In this document: positions 55,708 to 64,000 of the stretch, piece after piece
How positions within the stretch are numbered: the first letter of the stretch is position 1
Layout: the number at the start of each line of letters is the position of its first letter
Origin: an uncultured Clostridia bacterium
Lineage (GTDB): Bacteria; Bacillota; Clostridia; Christensenellales; CAG-917
Assembly (NCBI GenBank): GCA_944358385.1
Contig: CALVQW010000008.1
Coordinates: 17,228-81,227, forward strand
Direction: 5' to 3'
DNA: 64,000 nt
The notes under the pieces: model-generated
Databases searched by the model: none
Told to the model about the DNA's origin: nothing
What the model saw: only the letters and a program-made list of their open reading frames with translations
Made by a program: the position numbers and the translations under genes

Positions 55708-58515
55708 TCACGCGTTCTTGCCGCAGCAGTTCTTATACTTTTTTCCGCTCCCGCAGGGGCATTTTTCATTCCTGCCCACCTGGGGCGCGGTGTTGACGTA
55801 GGTGGTGGGTTTCTTGGGCAGCGGCTTCTTTGCGGGGACGGGACGTTTGCCCGGGAAGGGCTGCTTGCCGCCCGCCTGCCGTTGCGTCTCGTTCTCTGCG
55901 TTTATCTTCAAGCGCAGCAGGAACTCCGCCGTCGCGGTGTGGATGCGCTCCACCATGTCGTCGAACATCTCCCAGCCCTCCTGACGGTAGGACATGACGG
56001 GATCGCGCTGACCGTAGCCTCTGAGTCCTATGCCTCGGCGCAGAGAGTCCATGGCGTCGATGTGATCCATCCACTTCGCATCCACTGTCTTGAGAAGCAC
56101 CTTCCTCTCGAAGTCGGCGGGATCTACGCCCATCTCCTTCCACTCTTTGAGTTTCTCCTCATACTTTTCCAAGGCGATCTTCATCACCGCGTCCTTCAGC
56201 TTGTAGACGTCGTAGCAGGAGCAGAGTTCGGGAGTCATGAGGTTGGTGCCCGCGGGGAGCAGCGCGCGCTCCAAAGCTATGTTGAAGCTCTCGTAATCCC
56301 ATGTGTTGTAGTCCGTCTTGTAGTCCGCATAGTCGCCGATCACCTTCTCGGCAAGCTCCCCTATCATGTCCAGGATCTGATCGTGGACGTCCAAGCCGTC
56401 CAACACCTTGCCGCGCTCCTTATAGATGATCTCGCGCTGGGCGTTCATCACGTCGTCGTAGCTCAGCACCTGCTTTCTCGCGGAGAAGTTGCGGCTCTCC
56501 ATCATGCGCTGAGCGCGCTCTATCTGTTTGGTGAAGAAGGAGGACGCCATGGGCGCATCGTCGTCGGGGTTGAGCCTGTCCGTCACGGCTTTCAGCTTGT
56601 CGCCGCCGAAGATCCTCGCCATATCGTCGTCCAGACCGATGTAGAACACCGTGCTGCCGGGATCTCCCTGACGCCCGCTTCTGCCTCGGAGCTGGTTGTC
56701 TATGCGCCTGCTCTCGTGGCGTTCGGTGCCGATGACGCGCAGACCGCCCGCGGCGATGACTCTCTCCTTATCCTCCTCGCACGCCTTCTGCTCTCTCTCG
56801 TAGCTTATCTCGTACGCCGTGTCCGCCTCTTTGCAGCGCGCGGCGAACTCCTCCGGCGTATACTTGTCCTTATACTTCTCAATGGCGTAGTGCATCACCC
56901 TTTCGTCGTAGGCGTGCCGGGACGTCGCCATCTCAATGATCTCCGGCTCATATTTCCCCGCCAGCTCCTCGCGCGCCTTGTATTCGGGGTTGCCACCGAG
57001 CATGATGTCCGTGCCTCGTCCCGCCATATTGGTGGCGATGGTCACCGCGCAGTACTTGCCCGCCTGTGCGACGATCTTCGCCTCCTCGGCGTGGTGCTTG
57101 GCGTTGAGCAGCTGTATGACGGGAGGTCTGCCGTCCGCGCCCTTTATCCTCTTTGCTCTGATGTCGTTGACCAGCGCGTCCTTCAATTTCTGCGACTTCT
57201 CCACGCTCACCGTACCCACCAGCACTGGCTGACCGCGGGAGATGCAGTCCTCGATGTCTTGCAGGATGGCTTTGATCTTGAAATCCTTTTTGGTGTAGAT
57301 CTTGTCGTTCTCGTCGCGGCGGCGGGAGGGAAGATTGGGAGGTATGGTCACGACGTCGAGAGAGTAGATGCTCTTGAACTCCTCCTCTTCCGTCTTTGCC
57401 GTACCCGTCATGCCCGAGAGCTTGCGGTACATCCTGAAAAAGTTTTGGAAGGTGATGGTGGCGAGAGTCTTATTCTCCGACCTGATGGTCACGCCGTGTT
57501 CCTCTTCCTTCGCCTCGATGGCTTGATGCAGTCCGTCGCTGTACCGTCTGCCCACCAGCACTCTGCCCGTGAACTCGTCCACGATGAGCACTTCGCCGCC
57601 CTCGACGATGTAGTCGCGGTCCTTCTGCATGATGAAGCGCGCTTTCAATGCGTTCACGATGTGGCTGTACGTCTCGGCGTTCTCCATATCCGTGATGTTC
57701 TCGACGCCGAAATATCTCTCCGCCTTGCTTATGCCGCTGTCCGTCAGGACGACGGTCTTTTCCTTTTCCTCGATGTGGATGTCGCTCTCGGCGTCCAGCG
57801 TCCGGACGAACGCACACGCGTGCCTGTAAAGGTCGCCGGAGTCCCCTCCCTTGCCCGAAATGATGAGCGGGGTGCGCGCCTCGTCGATGAGGATGGAGTC
57901 CACCTCGTCCACTATGGCGAAGTCAAGCCCGCGCTGCACTTTGCTCGATTTGGAGACCACCATGTTGTCACGCAGGAAATCGAAGCCAAGCTCGTTGTTG
58001 GTGCAGTAGGTGATGTCGCAGTTGTATGCCCGCACCTTTTCCTCGAACTTCATATCATGGGTGATGACGCCCACTGTGAGTCCCAGATAGCGGAACACCT
58101 TGCCCATCCACGCCGCGTCACGACGGGCGAGATACTCGTTGACGGTGACGATGTGCACGCCCTTCCCCGCCAGCGCGTTGAGGTAGGCGGGCATGGTGGC
58201 GACCAGCGTCTTGCCTTCGCCCGTGCCCATCTCGGCTATCCTGCCCTGATGCAGTGCGATGCCGCCCATGATCTGCACGAAGAAGGGGTAGAGCTGGATC
58301 ATCCTCCTCGCCGCCTCACGCACGGTGGCGAAGGCTTCCGGAAGGATGTCATCCAAAGTCTTGCCCTCGGCAAGCTCCTTCTTGAACCTCTCCGTCTCGG
58401 CGATGAGATCCTTCTCATCCATAGTCTTATACTTGGTGGCAAGCATATCGACCTGAGTTGCTATCTTTCTCAGCCTGCGCAGCTTTCTTTCGTTTTCGTT
58501 GAAAATGGATGCCAT
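55708..58515 (-). CDS. secA: preprotein translocase ATPase SecA
   Basis: 935-aa ORF with [11 protein letters not shown] and the C-terminal zinc motif [14 protein letters not shown]. Confidence 0.97.
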   Translation of the reverse strand: MASIFNENERKLRRLRKIATQVDMLATKYKTMDEKDLIAETERFKKELAEGKTLDDILPEAFATVREAARRMIQLYPFFVQIMGGIALHQGRIAEMGTGEGKTLVATMPAYLNALAGKGVHIVTVNEYLARRDAAWMGKVFRYLGLTVGVITHDMKFEEKVRAYNCDITYCTNNELGFDFLRDNMVVSKSSKVQRGLDFAIVDEVDSILIDEARTPLIISGKGGDSGDLYRHACAFVRTLDAESDIHIEEKEKTVVLTDSGISKAERYFGVENITDMENAETYSHIVNALKARFIMQKDRDYIVEGGEVLIVDEFTGRVLVGRRYSDGLHQAIEAKEEEHGVTIRSENKTLATITFQNFFRMYRKLSGMTGTAKTEEEEFKSIYSLDVVTIPPNLPSRRRDENDKIYTKKDFKIKAILQDIEDCISRGQPVLVGTVSVEKSQKLKDALVNDIRAKRIKGADGRPPVIQLLNAKHHAEEAKIVAQAGKYCAVTIATNMAGRGTDIMLGGNPEYKAREELAGKYEPEIIEMATSRHAYDERVMHYAIEKYKDKYTPEEFAARCKEADTAYEISYEREQKACEEDKERVIAAGGLRVIGTERHESRRIDNQLRGRSGRQGDPGSTVFYIGLDDDMARIFGGDKLKAVTDRLNPDDDAPMASSFFTKQIERAQRMMESRNFSARKQVLSYDDVMNAQREIIYKERGKVLDGLDVHDQILDMIGELAEKVIGDYADYKTDYNTWDYESFNIALERALLPAGTNLMTPELCSCYDVYKLKDAVMKIALEKYEEKLKEWKEMGVDPADFERKVLLKTVDAKWMDHIDAMDSLRRGIGLRGYGQRDPVMSYRQEGWEMFDDMVERIHTATAEFLLRLKINAENETQRQAGGKQPFPGKRPVPAKKPLPKKPTTYVNTAPQVGRNEKCPCGSGKKYKNCCGKNA

Positions 58516-58635
58516 TGTCCGTCCTTTCCCTGCATTCCGGGGAGAGCGCGCCGCCTTGACGTGCGCGCCCGCGCGTTGCCCTTGCGGGCATTATCTTAAA
58601 TGATAAAGCCATTTGCTTAAAATGGCAATAATTTT

Positions 58636-59433
58636 TCAGGTGCGATGTTCGGAGGCGTCCTCCCCTCTCTCCACCCTGTTTTTGGGCACGGTCACCGCTG
58701 CGGTCAGCACCGTGACGCTGCGCGCGCCCGCTTTCAACAGCACGCGTGCGCACTCGTTGGCGGTGGAACCCGTGGTGAACACGTCGTCCACCAGCAATAT
58801 CTTCCGCCTGCGGATGTAGTCCGCAAAGCGCGCTTCGAAACACCCTTTGAGGTTCTCCGCCCTCTCCTTGCCCGTCAGATCCTTCTGCGGACGGGTGTCC
58901 CGCACCTTGCCCAGCGCGGGCAGGACGGGCATCCCCAGCCTGCCGCCGACATCCTCGGCGAGCAGTTCGGACTGATTGAACCCTCTCTTCTTCCTCTCCC
59001 TCTCGGACATGGGGACGGGGACGACGATCTCCCCTTCCTCGCCGGACTCGATGAAAGCGTCCGACATCATCGCGCCGAGCAGCCGCGCGATATACTTCTT
59101 CCCGCCGAATTTGAGGGCGTGGACGAGTTCCTTCCCCTCACCGTCGTAGGTGAGCGGAGAGATGTTTTTCCTGAACACGCTCTCGGTGTACTGACACCTG
59201 AGGCAGTAGTCCGCCTCGTCGTTGATCGGCACACCGCAGCCGAGGCACTTGTGTCCCTCGATCAACGGGAGCTTGCCCGTGCATTCCGCGCAGAGGGTGT
59301 AGCGCGTGTCGGCGACGAGTTCCGCCCCGCACAGATCGCAGGTGATGCCCTCGGGATAGAGCGCGGCGCAAAGACCTCGCGCCGCTTTCGCCGCCGCGTC
59401 CTTCAACCTCTCGCGCAAACCCGCGGCAGACAT
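58636..59433 (-). CDS. comFC: ComF family protein (phosphoribosyltransferase domain)
   Basis: ORF trimmed to MSAAGLRERL (TGATG overlap with recD2). N-terminal Cys pairs CDLCG / CAEC / CLGCG / CLRC and the PRT motif LLVDDVFTTGST. Confidence 0.8.
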   Translation of the reverse strand: MSAAGLRERLKDAAAKAARGLCAALYPEGITCDLCGAELVADTRYTLCAECTGKLPLIEGHKCLGCGVPINDEADYCLRCQYTESVFRKNISPLTYDGEGKELVHALKFGGKKYIARLLGAMMSDAFIESGEEGEIVVPVPMSERERKKRGFNQSELLAEDVGGRLGMPVLPALGKVRDTRPQKDLTGKERAENLKGCFEARFADYIRRRKILLVDDVFTTGSTANECARVLLKAGARSVTVLTAAVTVPKNRVERGEDASEHRT

Positions 59434-61649
59434 CAGAACACCTCTTTCGCGCACTCGTCCTCTATGAGGTTGAGGAGGAGGGAATATCTCCTTGCGGTCT
59501 CGTTGTTGCGGATCATCTTAGCCACCGTCTTTTTCGCGCCCACTATGACGACGATCTTCTTCGCCCGCGTGACTGCGGTGTAAAGGAGATTGCGCGTTTG
59601 CAGCATATAGTTCGCGTCCAGCGCGATGACCACCGCATCGAACTCGCAACCCTGCGATTTATGTATGGTCACGGCATATGCGGGAGCAAGCTGCTCGATG
59701 TCGGAATATTGATAAACAGCCACTTTATCGTCATCAAACCGCACGGTAAACTGCATCTTTTGCGGATCTATGCTCTGGATGATGCCGATGTCGCCGTTGA
59801 ACACTCCCGTCCCCGCTTCCATCACCGCGCCGGATGTCTGCACCCATTCCTGCTGATAGTTGTTCTGCGTCTGCATCACCTTGTCCCCCTCTCTGAAGAG
59901 GACGTCCCCCTGCTTCGCTTCCTTCTTGTCGCGGGAGGGAGGGTTGAGCTTGTCCTGCAGGATGCGGTTGAGATTGATGGTCCCCGCGCTCCCCCGTTTC
60001 ATCGGGCAAAGCACCTGGATCTCCATGGGCGGAACTTTGAGGAAATTGGGCAGACGGCGGGTGACCAGATCCGCCGTAGTGCGCGCGATGGACTCCGCGT
60101 CCTCCTTCTCCTCAAAGAAGAAATCGCTGCTGCGGTTGTCGAGGTCGGGCATCTCGCCGCGGTTGATGCGGTGAGCATTGACGACGATCTTGCTGTCCTC
60201 GGACTGTCGATAGATCTGCGTGAGTTCGCTCACGGGGAATTTGCCGCACTTGATGAGGTCGCTCAGCACGTTGCCCGCGCCCACGGACGCCAGCTGATCC
60301 TTGTCGCCGACCAGCACCAGCCTGCTCCCCCTCTCCAAAGCACAGAGGAGAGCGTTGAATACATACTCGTCCACCATGCTCACCTCGTCCACGATGAGGA
60401 CGTCCAGCGGCAGTTTCCTCTCGCTGTTGAAGCCGAATCTCCCGCCGCCGTCCCTCCAATTGAGGTCCAAAAGGCGGTGGATGGTCTTTGCCTCCTCCCC
60501 CGTCGCGGCGGAGAGCCTCTTTGCCGCTCTCCCCGTGGGAGCGCACAGCGCGACGCGCTGACCGAGGTTGCGGAAAACGTGCAGTATGCACTTGACTATG
60601 GTGGTCTTGCCCGTGCCGGGACCTCCCGTCACGATCTGCAAGCCGTTCTCCACCGCGGCGCGCACCGCCTCCCGCTGATTGGGATGCAGCGCGAATCCCG
60701 CCTCCTTTTCAAAGCGCGCGACTTCTCCGTCCACATCAACTCTGAAATCCGCCGCCTCCGCCTGCAAGGCGATGAGCCTTCTTGCGATGCTCTTCTCGGT
60801 GTTGTAGTTCTGTCTGGTGAGCAGCGCGACGCACTCGCCCGTGTCGTATCTGACGAGGTCGCCGAGCAGTAGCATATCCTCGATGTTGTCCCGCACTCTG
60901 CGGTCTGTTTCGTCACTATCCGACCTTAACAGTGCCACAACGGCGGGTACAAGTTCGTTTTCGGGCAAAAAGTTGTGTCCGCTCTTCAAGGACGCTTCTT
61001 TGAGGATGTAGGTGACCGCGGCGCATATGCGGTAGTCGCTGTCCCGCGCGACACCCAGCTCCCCCGCTATCCTGTCCGCGGTGTGAAAGCCGATCCCGTC
61101 CACGTCGTCCACGAGGGAATAGGGATTGCGCCGCACCCTCTCCTCGGCAGAGTCGCCGTAGACGCGGTAGATCTTGAGCGAAAGCCCTATCGTGATGCCC
61201 AGCTTTTGCAGGAACATCACCGCCGCCTGCATCTTCTGCAATTTGGAAAAACCCAGGCAGAATTCCGTCGCGCGTTTTAATGAGATGCCCTTGACTTTGG
61301 CTATCTCCACGGGATATTTCATCTTTTCCAGAGTGTCCACGCCGTAGCGGTCGGTGATGGCTTGCGCGGTGACGGGACCAAGCCCTTTGATAAGCCCGCT
61401 GGAAAGGAACTTGACTATGCCGTCCAGCCTGGACGGCGAGCCGATGAACACATTTTCCGCCGTGAACTGTCTGCCGTACATACTGCGCGTCTTGAAATCC
61501 CCTTCCACGCGCAGCATCTGCCCTTCGCTGACGGGGGGCATGGTGCCGACCACGGTGAAAACACCGTCCTCGCATTTGAGGTCGATGACGGTGTAGCCCG
61601 TTTCTTCACTGCGGAAGATGACATTCCTTATCTCGCCTTTAAGCTCCAT
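59433..61649 (-). CDS. recD2: SF1B ATP-dependent DNA helicase RecD2
   Basis: 738 aa, with VTGGPGTGKTT Walker A, LIVDEVSMVD, and the C-terminal YAVTIHKSQGCEF. Confidence 0.9.
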   Translation of the reverse strand: MELKGEIRNVIFRSEETGYTVIDLKCEDGVFTVVGTMPPVSEGQMLRVEGDFKTRSMYGRQFTAENVFIGSPSRLDGIVKFLSSGLIKGLGPVTAQAITDRYGVDTLEKMKYPVEIAKVKGISLKRATEFCLGFSKLQKMQAAVMFLQKLGITIGLSLKIYRVYGDSAEERVRRNPYSLVDDVDGIGFHTADRIAGELGVARDSDYRICAAVTYILKEASLKSGHNFLPENELVPAVVALLRSDSDETDRRVRDNIEDMLLLGDLVRYDTGECVALLTRQNYNTEKSIARRLIALQAEAADFRVDVDGEVARFEKEAGFALHPNQREAVRAAVENGLQIVTGGPGTGKTTIVKCILHVFRNLGQRVALCAPTGRAAKRLSAATGEEAKTIHRLLDLNWRDGGGRFGFNSERKLPLDVLIVDEVSMVDEYVFNALLCALERGSRLVLVGDKDQLASVGAGNVLSDLIKCGKFPVSELTQIYRQSEDSKIVVNAHRINRGEMPDLDNRSSDFFFEEKEDAESIARTTADLVTRRLPNFLKVPPMEIQVLCPMKRGSAGTINLNRILQDKLNPPSRDKKEAKQGDVLFREGDKVMQTQNNYQQEWVQTSGAVMEAGTGVFNGDIGIIQSIDPQKMQFTVRFDDDKVAVYQYSDIEQLAPAYAVTIHKSQGCEFDAVVIALDANYMLQTRNLLYTAVTRAKKIVVIVGAKKTVAKMIRNNETARRYSLLLNLIEDECAKEVF

Positions 61650-61696
61650 TTTTTCTCCTGAAAGCGCGGGCGCACTCTGCCGACGCCGCGTCCGGG

Positions 61697-61730
61697 GAAA
61701 GAAAAAGCAAGGATATCCCCTTGCTTTTCT
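61697..61730 (-). terminator. rho-independent terminator after metK
   Basis: Minus strand: GAAAAGCAAGG ggatat CCTTGCTTTTTCTTT. Confidence 0.8.
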
Positions 61731-61742
61731 TACGTAACGTAT

Positions 61743-62936
61743 TCACAGCGTATACTTTGCGAGTTCGGCTTTGATCTCGTCCACCTTGTCCGTCTTTTCC
61801 CAGCTGAACTCCGCCCTGCCGAAGTGTCCGTAGTTGGCGGTCTCGCGGTAGATGGGGCGGTTGAGCTTGAGCCTGCGTATGATGGCGCGGGGACGCAGAT
61901 CGAACACCTTGGAGACGATCTCGGCAACGATGTCGTCACCGACCACGCCCGTGCCGAAGGTGTCCACATACACCGAGACGGGACGCGCTCTGCCTATGGC
62001 GTAAGCCACTTGCAGCTCTACCCTGCGGCACACTCCCGCCGCCACGAGGTTCTTGCAGACATATCTTGCCATATAGTTCCCGCTGCGGTCCACTTTGGTG
62101 GGATCCTTGCCCGAAAGCGCGCCGCCGCCGTGGGGACAGTAGCCGCCGTAGGTGTCCACGATGATCTTCCTGCCCGTCACACCGCTGTCGCCCGCAGGCC
62201 CGCCGATGACGAATCTGCCCGTGGGATTGACGTAGAACTTGGTGTCTTTGTCCAGCCATTTCGCGGGGATGGCTTGCCTTATCACCTTTTCTATCACGGT
62301 GTTTTCCAGCTCCTGACGCTCCACGTCCTCGCTGTGCTGAGCGGAGACCACCACGACGTCCACGCGCTTGGGTTCGCCGCCGACATATTCGACGGTGACC
62401 TGCGCCTTGCCGTCCGGACGCAGCCACGCGATCTCCCCGGACTTTCTCGCCTCGGTGAGCCTGCGCGTGAGCGCGTGAGCGAGCATTATGGGCAGGGGCA
62501 TAAGCTCCGGAGTCTCGTCCGTCGCACAGCCGAACATCATGCCCTGATCGCCCGCGCCGAGCTTGTCTATCTCGTCGCATCCGACATAATCCGACGCCTC
62601 GTCCACTCCTCTTGCGATGTCCGGGGACTGCTCGTCCAAAGATGAGAGGACGGCGCAGGTCTTATAGTCAAAGCCGAGGGAGCTGTCGTCGTAGCCGATG
62701 TCCTTGACCACGCCGCGCACGATGCCGGGGATGTCACAGTAATGCGAGGTGCTCACCTCGCCGAACACCATCACCATGCCCGTGGTGGCGCACACTTCCA
62801 CCGCGACGCGGGCGGAGGGATCCTCGGTGAAGATGTCGTCCAGGATCGCGTCCGCGATCTGATCGCACACCTTGTCGGGATGCCCTTCCGTCACGCTCTC
62901 GGAAGTGAAGAATCTTTTCTCTTTATCCTTGCTCAT
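61743..62936 (-). CDS. metK: S-adenosylmethionine synthase
   Basis: [24 protein letters not shown] and [16 protein letters not shown]. Confidence 0.97.
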   Translation of the reverse strand: MSKDKEKRFFTSESVTEGHPDKVCDQIADAILDDIFTEDPSARVAVEVCATTGMVMVFGEVSTSHYCDIPGIVRGVVKDIGYDDSSLGFDYKTCAVLSSLDEQSPDIARGVDEASDYVGCDEIDKLGAGDQGMMFGCATDETPELMPLPIMLAHALTRRLTEARKSGEIAWLRPDGKAQVTVEYVGGEPKRVDVVVVSAQHSEDVERQELENTVIEKVIRQAIPAKWLDKDTKFYVNPTGRFVIGGPAGDSGVTGRKIIVDTYGGYCPHGGGALSGKDPTKVDRSGNYMARYVCKNLVAAGVCRRVELQVAYAIGRARPVSVYVDTFGTGVVGDDIVAEIVSKVFDLRPRAIIRRLKLNRPIYRETANYGHFGRAEFSWEKTDKVDEIKAELAKYTL

Positions 62937-62937
62937 A

Positions 62938-64000
62938 TCAAATCATTTCGTTGGCTGCGCCGCTTTCCGCACTGCCCGTCTCCGCGGGGGCGGTGGAGAT
63001 GTTCTTGTAGATCTTCATGCCCGTGCCTGCGGGGATAAGCTTGCCGATGATGACGTTCTCTTTAAGCCCGATGAGCGGATCGATCTTGTTCTTGATCGCA
63101 GCCTCGGTGAGCACGCGCGCGGTCTCCTGGAAGGAGGCTGCGGAGAGGAAGGACTCCGTGGAAAGCGCGGCTTTGGTGATGCCGAGCAGGGTGCGTTTCG
63201 CACTCGCGGGCACGCCGCCGTTTTCGAGAGCCTTCTCGTTCTCGTCCTCGTAGGTGAAGATGTCAACGAAGGAGCCGGGAAGCATCTCGGTGTCGCCCTG
63301 ATTCTCCACCTTGACCTTGCGCAGCATCTGACGCACGATGACCTCGATGTGCTTGTCGTTGATCTCGACGCCGGAGAGACGGTAGGCGGACTGCACTTCC
63401 TTGGTGAGGTAGTCCTGCACGCCCTTCACGCCCTTTGCTCGGAGCATATCCTGCGGATAGATGGAGCCTGCGGTGAGCGGATCGCCCGCTTCCACGATGT
63501 CGCCCGTCTCCACTTTGAGCTTGGCACCGAAGGGGATGGCGTAGCTTCTCGCGTCGCCGTCCTCGCCCGTGACCGTGATCTCGCGATTGTCGTCGCTGAC
63601 CACCACGGCACCGGAATTCTCGGTGATGACCGCCTGACCTTTCGGCCTTCTCGCCTCGAAGAGTTCCTCAACGCGCGGGAGACCTTGGGTGATGTCGTCG
63701 CCCGTCGCAACGCCGCCGGAGTGGAATGTTCTCATCGTGAGCTGAGTGCCGGGTTCGCCGATGGACTGCGCCGCGATGATGCCGACCGCTTCGCCCAGCT
63801 TGACGGGCTGACCGCTCGCCATATTCTTGCCGTAGCACTTGGCGCAAACGCCGTTCCTGGTCTTGCAGGAGAGGACGGAGCGGATGAGCACCTTCTCGAT
63901 GCCCGCCGCCTCGATCTCCTTGGCTTGATCGTCGGTGATCATGCTGTCCGCCTCGACGATGACCTCGCCCGTGACGGGATGCACGATGGGTTCGATGGTG
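62938..64000 (-). CDS. rpoC: DNA-directed RNA polymerase subunit beta' (C-terminal part; 5' end outside window)
   Basis: [30 protein letters not shown]. The frame stays open to the window edge. Confidence 0.95.
   Translation of the reverse strand, partial: TIEPIVHPVTGEVIVEADSMITDDQAKEIEAAGIEKVLIRSVLSCKTRNGVCAKCYGKNMASGQPVKLGEAVGIIAAQSIGEPGTQLTMRTFHSGGVATGDDITQGLPRVEELFEARRPKGQAVITENSGAVVVSDDNREITVTGEDGDARSYAIPFGAKLKVETGDIVEAGDPLTAGSIYPQDMLRAKGVKGVQDYLTKEVQSAYRLSGVEINDKHIEVIVRQMLRKVKVENQGDTEMLPGSFVDIFTYEDENEKALENGGVPASAKRTLLGITKAALSTESFLSAASFQETARVLTEAAIKNKIDPLIGLKENVIIGKLIPAGTGMKIYKNISTAPAETGSAESGAANEMI

Noticed and set aside
54588-55769. 393-aa prfB ORF with 25 extra N-terminal residues; possible frameshift-type RF2
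   Set aside because: The extension overlaps the secA 3' end and has no [10 protein letters not shown] at 55694 aligns with RF2 N-termini, and no CTT TGA C slippery site exists.
55882-58599. 905-aa plus-strand ORF opposite secA
   Set aside because: Shadow ORF. SecA on the minus strand is certain.

Overview
GC-rich, densely packed chromosomal window that reads like a spore-forming Clostridia-type Firmicute. That assignment is inferred from gene content only: SpoIVFB-like S2P, SpoVB-like flippase, DUF421/DUF4363 pair, Rnf complex, and Firmicute-style ybxF-rpsL-rpsG-fusA-tuf. I call 60 protein-coding genes, 51 of them on the minus strand.

Gene content in order:
- radical SAM, glucokinase, and minD-minE-small TM-S2P
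- degV and an aldo-keto reductase
- maf, an mreB-like gene and ppx
- rnfCDGEAB
- two half-size TauE/TSUP genes
- a 1502-aa acidic five-module surface protein
- SpoVB-like flippase, DUF421/DUF4363 and murC
- a glycerol-phosphate cluster: acyl-CoA ligase, GlpA-like protein, FAD oxidoreductase, DUF1667 and an AGPS-like oxidase with an HHH loop
- M23 peptidase and an SSS transporter
- HAD-IIA plus a degenerate G1PDH-like protein
- rplI-MTase-rsmI
- DUF1540, an O-antigen-ligase-like protein and a hypoxanthine-DNA-glycosylase-like protein
- a TasA-like protein plus a SipW-position membrane protein
- the rplKAJL / nusG / secE / rpmG / tuf / fusA / rpsG / rpsL block
- tsaD, prfB, secA, comFC, recD2, metK and the rpoC 3' end

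I found no rRNA, tRNA, CRISPR array, transposase or integrase.

The most unusual signal is non-coding. Two gene-free gaps of about 0.8 kb (6943-7697 and 26154-26957) carry inverted copies of an unclassified 370-410 nt multi-helix element. One helix has been replaced by a different helix between the copies. The same gaps hold a family of ~125-nt long-hairpin modules with covarying arms and a conserved apical GCGTAC..CGTACGT motif, which overlap the stop codons of two unrelated genes.

Long antisense shadow ORFs cover almost every real gene. I treat them as GC artefacts. All coordinates, motifs and mismatch counts were read by hand from the sequence and ORF track. No database search was run.
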